DNA from: a virus
Taxonomy: Duplodnaviria > Caudoviricetes
Virus record (IMG/VR): IMGVR_UViG_3300011008_000012
Coordinates: 32,001-96,000 of that record
DNA: 64,000 nucleotides
Strand: one strand, 5' to 3'
Under the pieces are notes generated by a model. That model did no database searches, had not been told where the DNA came from, and saw nothing but the letters and a program-made list of their open reading frames with translations. Positions 41,801 to 52,400 of this stretch are shown here, in pieces (the stretch's first letter is position 1; each line of letters opens with the position of its first letter). A program made the position numbers and the translations under genes.

Positions 41801-44800
41801 ATTCTGATAGCCGGTCAGACTGGAGCCAATCTCAAGCTGCTGCAAATTCGTTCCCATCGCAAAGTTGTTTTGCTTAAAGTAAAGGTGTGCCAGGTCACCG
41901 AGGGCTGTAATCATGGGAGCCGTGCAGAAGTACAACTCCGTTTCGCCCATCGAGCCAATTGTGGAGAAGTCCATGGTATATGTGGTTCCGCGCTGAGCCC
42001 GTGTTTTTGCCACTACGTTATAGCTTGTGGACGCCACCACGATATAACAATCGATGTACATAGATACGGTTGCTGTATTTGCCGGAGGCACCACTGTGAT
42101 AGTAGTTCCAGATGTCGGCGTATTACCACGCACCATGATATTCTGCGATGTGCAGAAGTCGCTCACATATTTCGACGCATAATAGTATGCATTGTATGTC
42201 TTGACCTGTTCGCGCTGATGCGTTTTTCGGCCTGCCAGCATAGCAATGTATGTTACTGTGCCATTATCTTCGTATGGGCGCAGATACTTACGCTGGGTAT
42301 CGGCAACCCACAGCCGCTCAGGCCGTGTATTCTGCCAATCCTGAACCTTTGTAAGGAAGTTTGTCGTGCTGAAGCACCCGGCGCTTTCGCGGTTGCGATA
42401 CATCGTCTGGCACGCGCCAAACAGCCCCCTGGTGAACGTGATCCATGCCGCGTCATGAGCATTGAATACGTAACTGCTGCCGGATTGGTCATCCGTTTCC
42501 ATACCATATGTGAAGGACAGACCGCCGACATTATCGTTGCCCAGCGCCGTATCGTTATCATAATCCTTCGACGGCTCCCAGTGCACCAGGTCGTCAGAAG
42601 ACCAGAAGGTATTCTTCGCAACGTTATCCGTCATAAGGAAAGATTCGATAAACACGAAATGGTAGATAACGGGGTCCATTATCATGTACTCCTCACAGTG
42701 TTCCAGCAGATAGGCCATGCGGTAATTAAAGCTGTCGGTGGTGTATGTTCCGGCATAATCACTGATCGTTGTTCCGGCGAGCACATTCGCCGTATCAGCA
42801 GACCAGGTAAGTGTGCCGATAGAAGTCCATGTTGTGCCGTTGCTTGAGTAAATATTGTTATTCGAATAGTTGATGTAGTAGTAGCTCGTTTCCGCACTGG
42901 CGTCCGTAACATAATCTCCCGCAGAGTAAATACCGCTGTTATATGCGGTAGGAAGCCCGTAGCCGTACAAATACACGACGTTATCATCGTCGTAAGAGCT
43001 GGTGTCATACGAACCGGACCCACGGAACGTATAGCTGCCAAATGTTACTGAAGAGGCAAGTGCATTGTTGGTCGCGAGATTCGGATTATAATCATACATA
43101 AACGATACAAACCGATCCCATGCGGATTTTGCAATATCAACCGAGTCGTCGTCTACGTAGCGGAATTCGAATACCTTTTGTTCCTCTCCGTCTTCGGTAA
43201 CAACCGCCTCGTCGTCTCCGTTCCACGTATAGGTCTTGGAAGACATCAGGCACGGGGTAGAGGTGTTGTTAGATACCTCGACACAGCACGCAAGAGGATT
43301 TGTGGTGTCATGGAACACCTCTGTGTTCTTTTTGCTGTTGCCCATATCGCATATGCCGTACAGGTGGTATCCTGTCGTGTCGGAAAACAGATTGCCGCTT
43401 CTGTCCCGGATAAAGATAGCGCCCGGCACAAACTCAATCGTGTCTCTCGCCATGGCATTTTTCTGTTTGGCAGGGGATACCCATGGCTGGTATGTGTTAT
43501 ACCAATCCGCTATGCATGCGTTGTTGGCGTTTTCAGATGAGGCGACATTCAATTTCACGTTGAAATAATCAACTGCGATAGAGTCGTCTGTCATACTATA
43601 TCCCGTGGTGGATGTTGACCCGTCATCAAAGGAAATAGAACCTGTTGTGTAGGACACGTTGTCAGATGTGAACGTCCGGTTATACTTCATGTTGATATCC
43701 ACGTTACCGGCAGACTCCAAATAACCGACAGAAGATGTGCCCTGAATGGTAACACACGCATTGTTTACGGTGAAGCAATGGCTCGAGCCGCCCGAGTTAT
43801 AGATATGTCTGGCTGTGTAAGCGACGACATTATCCTTCTTACCTGTGCTCATACGATTGAGATCCAGAAGGATCACATGCAGATTAGGGTTCTGCGTGGC
43901 AAGTTTTGTATAGTCGATCTCGCCTGAGGCGTTCAAAACATCATTACGATCATAGCGATCAACCATTTCATAGGCATTCGGAGCGTCCATAATGAAGTTG
44001 GACAGCTCGTTATCATTTGTGAGGTAGGTTGGATACGCTTTAACCATGTAGATATATACATCGCAGTCGGCAGAGCCGATGGTAATACCGACAGGAGTGA
44101 CCTGCTGCATACCGTCGTCAGCGGAATACAGGATATTTCGGTCGTGTGAGCCATCCATCCAGAATTGCAGGTATCTATACTCGCTCGTTGGGTGAATGTT
44201 GGTCTCAAATTCGATATATATGTCCTTGCAATATAGCGTTTCGAGCGATTCATTGGCCGTTGTCAGCACGGCGTTATTTGCTGTCATAACAAGACCGACG
44301 CCGTTATTGCCTGCAGAGTTGTCCATACAGCTCAGAACTTGAGCGTCATAAGTGCGGCAGTTTACCGCTTTGAATACGAACTTGAAGTTTTTGCCATACT
44401 GCTTGGGGTCATAATCCTGCCCGAACAGGTTATAGTTGAACGTCATTGTCGTCCCGGCCCGTACGCAGAAATATTGACGGAGATGCCCGTCGTCATCGTA
44501 TTCGGTGTGAAGGCCGCCGTTTACCCAGTCAAAGTTGTTGGAAAAGGTGACGTCGACTGTCTGCTGCACGCTGCTGCCTACTGGTGTATAAGACCCACTC
44601 CATGCTTGCACGGAGGCGTTGGTCGCCATTTCAGACGCCTTAAATCGGAAATCGTAACCAGTAACCTCTGCTTCGTCGATATCCAGCTCCGCCACCTCAA
44701 TAGTGATAGTCTTCATAGTAGACCCACAAGTGATCGTAAGAGTTTTCGTCCCATAGGTAGTTGGTGAATAGTTCCAATAATGTACCGTTCTGTCAACGCC

Positions 44801-47527
44801 TGTCCATGTAGACACGAGAGTGCCGCCTTCGTACAGATATACTGTAGTAGTCGTACTGCTGGGGTCATATACGACAATAGGAATTTGTACGGTATTATAT
44901 TGCGTCATTTCCGCCGTATTGAAGGATGTGGCGATAATAGGCGTTGTTGTACCCGACACAATAAATACCATGTCATGCACTTGGAGTGCGGTTGTAATCG
45001 TCGTACCGCTGACCGTAGCCGTCATATAGCGAACGACAGCATGAGACCCATGGGTCTGCGCCGGGATCGTCAGAGCCTGCTGAACACCGGAGCGCGTAGT
45101 GGTAGTGACATCCAGGATGTAGCCCGTGCCGCTCACATAGTCGCCGGCTGTCTCACTCCAAACATAATGAGTATAAGTGTCTGTCTGCGAATCGTACAGG
45201 AAGTAGTTCGCGTCGGCGTCGAAGTCATCATCCGAACTGCCTGGCAGAGAGTCAACTATGACAGGATTAAACCCAACCGGCTCGACATCGATAAATGTAT
45301 AAATCGTCTTCGAAAGAGCGCCGTATGGTGTATAATAATCCGTCACAGCCGATGTGTTGATTTGGCTGTCCACATAGTTCCATGTGAAGTACATGTTGAT
45401 GGCCGTTACAGTCCACGTCTTCGTGGCGACAGTGTTGCTTTCTCCGCCGGTATCGACACTCACGCTGATCTTAACTGTGTTATCTCCGACAGTGAGGTAC
45501 TCTCCTACGTCGATTGTGTTTTGTGTACCGGCAATGCTGGTTGACACGGATATGCCGGTGGCAACAGCGACATTGTTAACATAAAGAGTACCGGAACCAG
45601 ACCCCACTGCGTCTCCGCTGGAGTCAGAAGCAGCGACGGTATAAGTGATATCACATGAGTCGCCATACACACACTGCACAGTAGAAGCAGTGACTCTGCC
45701 GATAGTAACCGTGCCGCCGGTTGTACCGCCACTCCCGCCGCCGCCGGTGATCTGGACGGCGAGGTCTTCGAGCTCGTCCCCGTTTGAATCGTAGAAGTGC
45801 AGCGTATAATCGTCATCCACGTTATAGGCTGTACTGTCGATATCAATACCGTTGTCCAGTGTCAGCGTGGTCGTGGAATCGTCTTCGTAGGTGACAGTGA
45901 TAGTAGTCTTATCCGCGCTGATTGTAACATCTTTAACCAGATTAGCCATATTGGAGATCGTCGTTTGCAGCGAGGAAATGGTTCCCTCGGCCTCTGTTAG
46001 ACGGTCATCAATGCCTGTACCAGACTCGTTGTTCAGCATGTCGTCGATGCTGGAGTCAATCAGCGCCTGAATCTCTTCCTGAGTATACGTAACAGTGCCG
46101 ATAGGCTCATACTTGCCGTCGATATAGCGATAGTGGATATAAGAGCCGTTGGCGTCCCTGATGTAATAGTCTGAAAGCTCGCTTGCGGTAGCCAGAGTTT
46201 CAACTGTCGACCAGGTGGTGCCGTTTGACAAATAGGTCTGCAAGGTCGTAAGGTTTAGATAATACTCCCCGCTATAATCAGCGGCCTCGTAGCTATTAGC
46301 CGTTGGCGTGCCATAACCACTGATGGCGATAGAATAGGATGGTGCTATAACTTCGGCAGATGACCCAGCTACAAGCTCCCAATTATCGTCGATGTACTTG
46401 TAGTACAGGTATCCGTTGTCTGTTGCCAGAATATAATCTGTGTCCTCATTTGGGTCGGTTACATCTTCCAGGTCGTCGACAATAACTGTAGAGGAAGCGC
46501 CGAATGTGTCCCACGTTCCATCTACATACCAATACTTCTCGTAATTATAATAGCCGGAGCTATTATCGCGTGGTACGAGGTAGAATGTATTGGCGGCTCC
46601 AGCTCCCTGCATAAGAGCATCGAGCTCAGCCTGCGTGACAACCTGAATCGTAATGGGGCTATAAGACGCCAATACACCGTTAGTGTACGCGGTAGACATA
46701 GCAAAGACGCCCTGGAGCGCCGCATCAAGACCGCCATAAGAGTAGGTAGTATCGTCGACGCCGACCACATCAAATGTCTGTGTGCTAGAGTTAACGGTGA
46801 CGCCAGCGCCACGGATGCGCTGAATCGTATTGGTATCCTGCCCAACAGCGTAGGAGAAAATATCTGTCTTGCGGCCTGTTGTGTCATAGGTAGCTTCCCA
46901 ACTACCCGTCGTCGGCGTAGAGGTCGTAGACTGGCTCTTCGGCCATGCGTTATCGGCATTGTCAAGCGATGCCTGCACATCGGCAGAAAGCTTCTCTTTT
47001 GTCAGTGAACCATCGGTGATTGTCATACGTGCAAGGTCGCCGTTTTCGAGATACCCGTCCAGCACGTCTGTGATCTGCTGTTGAATCACTTCGGCGTAAT
47101 CACTGTCAGCGATATCCAGCAGCTCGTCTACCATATCTACGAGCTGGTCATACAGGGATTGTGTTATCTCTGTACTGGAAGCATCAGCGATTAATCCGCT
47201 CGCATCAATGGTGAAGGTCAATACATTAGTCGTCGCGTGAACAGTTCCATCTGAAGCATACAGCATAAGTGTAACGGAACCGCTGACGATCTCGGATGGG
47301 AGATAAACGCTGCGCGTCGCCGCGTCAAGATATACATTGTACGCCGTACCATTTTGCGTGAATTGAGCGAATACGGTAGCATTCGTATTCGTGCTCGGCA
47401 TCAACGCGCTCCAGTCTTCATCCAGTGTAAACTCGAACTTGATAAACTCCTGCGTACCGGCGACGAGATTCTTCAAATTGGTCGCAACACGAAGTTTTTG
47501 GCCGTCAACCGAGATAGGAATATTCAT
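38822..47527 (-). CDS. Giant tail fibre / adhesin, DGR target (2901 aa)
   Basis: BppU-like N-terminus, Ig-like, LRR and InlB-B-like segments; C-terminal WWERSP...GVCLGFSI CLec/DUF6273-like domain carrying the VR. Confidence 0.85.
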   Translation of the reverse strand: MNIPISVDGQKLRVATNLKNLVAGTQEFIKFEFTLDEDWSALMPSTNTNATVFAQFTQNGTAYNVYLDAATRSVYLPSEIVSGSVTLMLYASDGTVHATTNVLTFTIDASGLIADASSTEITQSLYDQLVDMVDELLDIADSDYAEVIQQQITDVLDGYLENGDLARMTITDGSLTKEKLSADVQASLDNADNAWPKSQSTTSTPTTGSWEATYDTTGRKTDIFSYAVGQDTNTIQRIRGAGVTVNSSTQTFDVVGVDDTTYSYGGLDAALQGVFAMSTAYTNGVLASYSPITIQVVTQAELDALMQGAGAANTFYLVPRDNSSGYYNYEKYWYVDGTWDTFGASSTVIVDDLEDVTDPNEDTDYILATDNGYLYYKYIDDNWELVAGSSAEVIAPSYSIAISGYGTPTANSYEAADYSGEYYLNLTTLQTYLSNGTTWSTVETLATASELSDYYIRDANGSYIHYRYIDGKYEPIGTVTYTQEEIQALIDSSIDDMLNNESGTGIDDRLTEAEGTISSLQTTISNMANLVKDVTISADKTTITVTYEDDSTTTLTLDNGIDIDSTAYNVDDDYTLHFYDSNGDELEDLAVQITGGGGSGGTTGGTVTIGRVTASTVQCVYGDSCDITYTVAASDSSGDAVGSGSGTLYVNNVAVATGISVSTSIAGTQNTIDVGEYLTVGDNTVKISVSVDTGGESNTVATKTWTVTAINMYFTWNYVDSQINTSAVTDYYTPYGALSKTIYTFIDVEPVGFNPVIVDSLPGSSDDDFDADANYFLYDSQTDTYTHYVWSETAGDYVSGTGYILDVTTTTRSGVQQALTIPAQTHGSHAVVRYMTATVSGTTITTALQVHDMVFIVSGTTTPIIATSFNTAEMTQYNTVQIPIVVYDPSSTTTTVYLYEGGTLVSTWTGVDRTVHYWNYSPTTYGTKTLTITCGSTMKTITIEVAELDIDEAEVTGYDFRFKASEMATNASVQAWSGSYTPVGSSVQQTVDVTFSNNFDWVNGGLHTEYDDDGHLRQYFCVRAGTTMTFNYNLFGQDYDPKQYGKNFKFVFKAVNCRTYDAQVLSCMDNSAGNNGVGLVMTANNAVLTTANESLETLYCKDIYIEFETNIHPTSEYRYLQFWMDGSHDRNILYSADDGMQQVTPVGITIGSADCDVYIYMVKAYPTYLTNDNELSNFIMDAPNAYEMVDRYDRNDVLNASGEIDYTKLATQNPNLHVILLDLNRMSTGKKDNVVAYTARHIYNSGGSSHCFTVNNACVTIQGTSSVGYLESAGNVDINMKYNRTFTSDNVSYTTGSISFDDGSTSTTGYSMTDDSIAVDYFNVKLNVASSENANNACIADWYNTYQPWVSPAKQKNAMARDTIEFVPGAIFIRDRSGNLFSDTTGYHLYGICDMGNSKKNTEVFHDTTNPLACCVEVSNNTSTPCLMSSKTYTWNGDDEAVVTEDGEEQKVFEFRYVDDDSVDIAKSAWDRFVSFMYDYNPNLATNNALASSVTFGSYTFRGSGSYDTSSYDDDNVVYLYGYGLPTAYNSGIYSAGDYVTDASAETSYYYINYSNNNIYSSNGTTWTSIGTLTWSADTANVLAGTTISDYAGTYTTDSFNYRMAYLLEHCEEYMIMDPVIYHFVFIESFLMTDNVAKNTFWSSDDLVHWEPSKDYDNDTALGNDNVGGLSFTYGMETDDQSGSSYVFNAHDAAWITFTRGLFGACQTMYRNRESAGCFSTTNFLTKVQDWQNTRPERLWVADTQRKYLRPYEDNGTVTYIAMLAGRKTHQREQVKTYNAYYYASKYVSDFCTSQNIMVRGNTPTSGTTITVVPPANTATVSMYIDCYIVVASTSYNVVAKTRAQRGTTYTMDFSTIGSMGETELYFCTAPMITALGDLAHLYFKQNNFAMGTNLQQLEIGSSLTGYQNDNLESLTIGSNTMLEYLDVRNCPNVTGALDLSGCVSLSEVYLENTAFTGVTFATAGLLETAHLQNPTSLTMRELMYLQDLTLGSAANMTTLRIENCDFDSSAALTIAGTTTTHGTKDIALNLIQSCPNLSRTRLIGMDWSLSNTTDLESVYDMAGIDDDGYDITQSVLTGDAYVTTMRQSQLSKYNTVWPYLEITYGTMVTQYLATFLNADGTAILDTDGLAYTQWVDVGSAPYDPITMGYTITVSDSGTPAATGYDASSYNGDYYQDTSTGAIYLSDGTSWSTVANADILTPAMASTAQYIYTFSGWDDITTVMSYNRNVTAEYTTTTRTYTVKWYRDAGTTFLTVSGVPYGGCIDYIDSNICVGYGSTTPAAAGYAAADYADMYYQNYATGQIYYSNGSVWSTATYEDVINDSTLPTFADDESSYTFRVFRSWDKSTGFITGDVNVYADWIATNAALPAQGTDMSDMTVSQIYGIGKAGLQSSYFEDLDYTDIKLGTDCIFSNVDSITIGPKYYSDSAESTLSLTGVAVDQYLSGGYYFDGSTYYLSNIVLFDDDSPAFTMAIDFDFIGSTSGMTLLSANYGSTSNFRLYYDGTAPTIQWGDKTTYVGSSGGNRDIVVLRHPSGSSALYVYAASGTGNSSLFSTNVSKTMLTRTTYVTSNEPVTFGAVNYHTTSNTYRNYGTGHIHWMKIWYDDIGDYNAFALAQWPHEVVRMEYWGEGKYEYADGSGNVSNASFIANNLLYKRGYYMNSSNDNSTGWENSKMRAFCNGRLFRALPIEWRSIIRSVQINATAGSQSTSIITSNDKVYLPSYYELGGSGTGYNDEIGADTSSPRIPWFVQQSGSGISSYNTANAQRLKWRGRIRKYALGTGNTTAYDGNAYIYSCASDPAAYLSTDIGTGSIWINTGNSSIGYMFVEQDELDQYGITPAYTSDSGTFGDSSAVGGWVGANGWWERSPNLGNTTYFMYVSNYGALYYNNASYYYGVCLGFSI
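38829..38975 (-). repeat. DGR variable repeat (VR)
   Basis: Matches TR except at adenines; encodes the last ~49 aa of the target protein. Confidence 0.95.
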
Positions 47528-47595
47528 ATTGTTTCTCCTTTAGATCAAATGAGCGGCGAATAATGCTCAGATTATCCGCCGCTTCGTGTTATTAT

Positions 47596-48633
47596 TCAGG
47601 CGTAAAGCGCCGCCCATGTCTTTGCGCCGACGATTCCGTCGACAGACAGCCCAGCTTTCTTCTGGTACGCCTTTACAGCGGCTAAAGTCTTTGCTCCGAA
47701 AGACCCATCAACAGAACCGCAATTATATCCGAGAGCGTTCAGGCGCTCTTGGAGTTTGCCCACATACGATCCCGTGGAACCGTACTTTACAGTCGGATAA
47801 CTGGCGGTACTGGTGGTCGTAGTCGCAGTATTTTTTACCGCGCTATCACTATTCAGAGCAGTCCATGTCTGCGTGCCGACAATACCGTCAACGACCAGAC
47901 TGTTTTTGCTCTGGAATGCCCTGACAGCGGCCAGGGTCTTGGAGCCGAAAGACCCATCCACAGTACCACAAGAATAGCCAAGCTCATTCAGGCGCGTCTG
48001 CAAGGTCTTTACATCGTTCCCATAGGAACCAGACCTCAGTGTGGCGTAACCGGAGATTGACGAAGAAGAACTGTCCGTAGTTCCGCCAGCCTTTGCGCCA
48101 TCCGACAGAACCATGACCGTGTGGGCGGTTTCCTTAACGAGGATATCCCCACGTTTAAGATAGGCATCGGTAGTTAAATATTTAGAATCGGTCAGGATGT
48201 CAAAGGCTCCGGTAGCGCCGAACTTGGAGCGCATGGTCGAAGTGACGGGAGCATTGAGGCCGCCGCTGGACAGCCTGAGATAGCAGTTGTCCATATTAAC
48301 ACCGGCCGCTTCTGCCGCCACCGTCATAAAGGCAGCACAGTCAGTCTCGCACTTGGTCTTAATATTCTTTCCGATCCATCCAGCCTCCCGAGCGACATCC
48401 CGCAAGGTGTTCCTTTGCCATTGATCATAGCCAACCATATTGGAAGCGCAGCACTGCTCCACAAACCGAGCCGCTTTCTCCGCCTGATCGGAGTCTTTAA
48501 ACCGAAGCAGGACGCTCCACCCGTTGGCATACCAGCTTCTAACACAAACTTCTTTGCCTGTCTGATCACCAGCAGAACCGCCGTGAGCAGTTCCGCGCTC
48601 ATCAATAGAAGCATGCCCAATAAGTACGCTCAT
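47596..48633 (-). CDS. Endolysin with two peptidoglycan-binding domains
   Basis: N-terminal Cys/His (CETDC..HT) hydrolase; two LQ.RLN.LGY.CG.VDG.FG.KT...VDGIVG..TW repeats. Confidence 0.85.
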   Translation of the reverse strand: MSVLIGHASIDERGTAHGGSAGDQTGKEVCVRSWYANGWSVLLRFKDSDQAEKAARFVEQCCASNMVGYDQWQRNTLRDVAREAGWIGKNIKTKCETDCAAFMTVAAEAAGVNMDNCYLRLSSGGLNAPVTSTMRSKFGATGAFDILTDSKYLTTDAYLKRGDILVKETAHTVMVLSDGAKAGGTTDSSSSSISGYATLRSGSYGNDVKTLQTRLNELGYSCGTVDGSFGSKTLAAVRAFQSKNSLVVDGIVGTQTWTALNSDSAVKNTATTTTSTASYPTVKYGSTGSYVGKLQERLNALGYNCGSVDGSFGAKTLAAVKAYQKKAGLSVDGIVGAKTWAALYA

Positions 48634-48647
48634 ACTATTTCCCTCCA

Positions 48648-49028
48648 TTACGTTTCATTTTCATCCGCGCCAGCAGAAAGGACAGCCTGTAAGCTGTCCT
48701 CATACTTTTGGCGTTCAAATTTTAAGTTTTCCTCTGCCTGTTTCCCTTTAAAGGATTTTAGGCAATAAATAGTGTACACGAGAACCTGAGCAGCGATATC
48801 TGATATCAGGACACCCAGGTAAGAGAGATCGGCGAATCTCCACATCGCCACGAGGGAGTATACGATGATGATGTTCAGCAACATAAAAAGATAGAGAGCC
48901 AAAGCCTTGTGCGTCTCTATCTTCCTGGTGCCATATTTCTTTTCTGCATCCAGCTCCTTGCGCTGTTCGACATCCCTATTGCGGCGTTCGATTCGCTCCT
49001 TCATTTTACGGAACTTGTTTTCATTCAT
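48648..49028 (-). CDS. Holin-like membrane protein
   Basis: Two TM helices, directly upstream of the endolysin. Confidence 0.65.
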   Translation of the reverse strand: MNENKFRKMKERIERRNRDVEQRKELDAEKKYGTRKIETHKALALYLFMLLNIIIVYSLVAMWRFADLSYLGVLISDIAAQVLVYTIYCLKSFKGKQAEENLKFERQKYEDSLQAVLSAGADENET

Positions 49029-49031
49029 AGC

Positions 49032-49394
49032 TTATTCCTCGGCCTCTTTGACCATCCAGTCCAGAATGTACATGTCGTCAGATGTGAGCGTACCGGAGCA
49101 GAATGCATCAGAGTCAATATATACCACACTAATATCGCACTCAATATCGTCTAATTCCGCGCTGTCCTTCAGATACTCTTTCTCGTTTTCCGCTGGAATC
49201 AAATACTGGTTGGGGTCATCGTCTGACCGAACACCGTATTTCACAAGCAGTGCATTTTTCGCTTCGATATATTCTTTTAATTCGTTTTCGATCTTCCTGC
49301 GATTCTTGGCAATGACGAAGCCAAGCTTTCCGCATTCATGAAGATTCTGCAATACCACAAAAGAATGAAGCGCTTCTATATTTCTAAATTTCAT
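49032..49394 (-). CDS. Hypothetical phage protein
   Basis: ORF in the late operon after the tail spike. Confidence 0.6.
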   Translation of the reverse strand: MKFRNIEALHSFVVLQNLHECGKLGFVIAKNRRKIENELKEYIEAKNALLVKYGVRSDDDPNQYLIPAENEKEYLKDSAELDDIECDISVVYIDSDAFCSGTLTSDDMYILDWMVKEAEE

Positions 49395-49408
49395 TTTCCT
49401 TTCCTCCG

Positions 49409-52400
49409 TTACAGCAAGCTATTAAGTTGTGTCTCCAGTGTATTTACTCGTGCCATAAGCTTCTGGATCATAAATGTATTCAAAGCTATGAACTCTTCAT
49501 ACCGCAGGGAATACAGCTTATCAAAGTGAGTTTGACCGGATTTTGTTACTTGTTCATCCTCGCCTATATCAACATCAGTTTGAATAATAATACCGGCGAA
49601 ATCCTCTGTCGTCAGTCCCGCGTTAACCAAAGCGGCTTCTACAGATTGAGCACCGAAACCAATATGAAGACGATGCCCAACATCGTATTTATATAGGTGC
49701 GGTGTCAAATTATTGTAAAAATCCTCATACTTATTGTCGATGGCATATAATTCTTTGAGGTTTTCGTCGGACACTACAGCCGTTGACCCACTGGAACCCA
49801 AATATACGCCGCCGTCATGAGCATATAAACGTACGTTAGAGCCGCGAATATTTGTATTAACAGTGGTAGATGACGTATATGTTGTAGTATCCGCCCTGAT
49901 AGTATCTAGCTCTGTGCTCTCTACGCCTATCGCCAAAGTAAGCGAGGTATACTGACCGCTGGTATTTTTGCTTCCGGAAGCGGCGACGGCTTTTGCGTTC
50001 CCGCCAGCGAAGCGTATATATTTACCATTCAATACCAGAGTCGATTTCAGACTCATCATAGAGCCGTCCCAGCTAAAACCGCCTGTATCACCGCTTAATG
50101 AACTCGAGCTGTAAAAGGTTAACCCGCTTGTCCTCAAGATTAAACTATATCCTTCTGCTGCATCTCGAATTGAAAGATATGAAGAAGACATGGAAGAATC
50201 GTTATTCACAATATATAAACCATTTCCCATTTGACAATAGCTGCTTGTTGAATCTCCATATACAGTGATTTTTGTTGCATATAAGATACCAGCCTTTGTC
50301 ACCCGGAACGGACAATCCGCGTATGACGAATGGCTTGTCCCGCCGGCAGCAAAAACATATGTCGTTGACGAACTTGGAAGCTGCATTACAGCGACTCCCG
50401 TTGTGCTGTCGCCGCCATAAATTTTACCGCTTGTGATGATCCATCCGGACGACCCGCCGATATATCCATCATTAGCAATAATCGTACCAGTAAACGAACC
50501 AGAAGTGGCAGTGATCGTTCCGCTTATTGTTGCGCCCGTGGCGCTTAGATACCCACTTGAATTGACGGAAAAATAGTTCGTGTAGATTGAGCTGGAGCCG
50601 ATAGTCACTCCGCCGATCTGTCCCTCAGTCGCGTAAATTGTTCCGTAAATTAGAGCGTTGCTAGCCTTGAGTAAACCATCGGTTGAAACCATAAAACCAG
50701 AACTATATCCATTATCCGGCGTACTGGATGGAACCGTGCCCTTCCCAATATCGGTGATAATATAGTTTCCGTCAGGATTCGTTTTCGTGGTATTTGTAAT
50801 CGTATTACCACTTGAGTCTATATAGGTTGTGGTCGTTGTTTTAATACCAGTACTCGCATCGGTTGTTTCCGTAATTCCAACGTCGCCTCTATACAGTATC
50901 GTATCGTACCCATACAGATCGGATATGGACGACGGTATGGTCGGCGTACCGGACAGGTCTCCATAGCTGCCGGATGTTGCAACAGTCGATAGACCGCTGA
51001 CACTTCCGGCTGGCACAGTCACATTACTTCCAAGAGTTAGCGATGTCGCTGTTATAGCGCCGGTTACGCTGACATTGCCCTGAGTGTCCGCCGAAAATAC
51101 AACATCGCTTCCATCTGTGATTGTGATGCCGTTATATTTAATGGAGATGCTGCTATCCCCGTTATATACGCCGATATTCTGCCCGAGTATAATATTGCCG
51201 ACGATGGTATCAGCAATCACGCCGTATCCTTCTTTATTGGTGCCTGTATCAGGGTCATAATAGATAAATTTACCGATACCGGCGCTGGCCGTCTTCCACG
51301 CATCCTTGGTCACATACAGGCCGGTGTTTGTAAGCTTTACCTGATTATCGCTGTAGTTATCCAAGTCGTCGTAATACGCTCGCGCCAGAAGTCCATGAGA
51401 GTCCCAGGAGATATCCTGATTTTCCGTATTGCTTATGATCTTTAAATTAGTAAGATCCAAGCCCTCCTGAACCCAGTTCCGAATCTGCGCCTTGCTCTGG
51501 CTGCCTTGCCCAGCCTGGCGCTTTACAGAATCATAGCTCCCGGATATATTCCCAAGGCTCTGCATTTGCTTGCGAACTTCGCTGGCATAGGAAGCGTCAC
51601 TGACAACATCAGAAAACGTCACGTCCAGAACGTCAAGGCTCTCGTAGTCGATATCGTAGGACATCAGCCGCAGCTTATATACGTTGCCGTCCGCCATGAT
51701 ACGAAGATAATTACCCACGGCAAAACTATCTACAATAGGAGAAAACTCTGGCATCGCAAGTAGATTCTTCAGCGAAGCGGAGATTGAGTGTTGCATAAGA
51801 GCAGACTTATAAATTTCGTTCTGTGCCGTCTCAAAGAATTCGCGGGCATTGGCTATAAGCTCAGAGTTGCTAAGGCCGTCACTGATATAGTTGGAATTGG
51901 AGTACTCGTCCTCACGACGGTAGGCAGCCATCTCTTCCCAAAGCGCTTCACCAAGATAACTCTGGAAATCGAGAGCTTCCATGACGTCTTCACGAATACC
52001 ATCCAATTCTGTCAGGACACCGCTGGTGACCACGCCACCGTTTTCATCATACACGCCCTGTACTGTGGCTATCTCCGATTCTCGCAGGGCGATTTCGGCG
52101 GCAATGGAATTTAGTTTATTGTAGTAAGGCTCGTAAATTTGGGTATACGTATTATCGGACCATGATTCCTGACTGGCAGTACCCTGTTCCACCATAACGT
52201 CCAGACACGCCTGACAGGCGTCGTAGAACGTATTCAGCCGATTCAGGCAGTATTTCTGCAACTCTAGCTTAAAGGCTGTCCCGGAAGACTCAGAATCAGC
52301 TAGCGCGAACAGCCCAGAGATATCCGTTACCCCAGATGTTGTTGCCTTATTTGCAAGAGCCTTGTCAATCTTGTTTTGAACATACGTCGTATAGTCGTCG

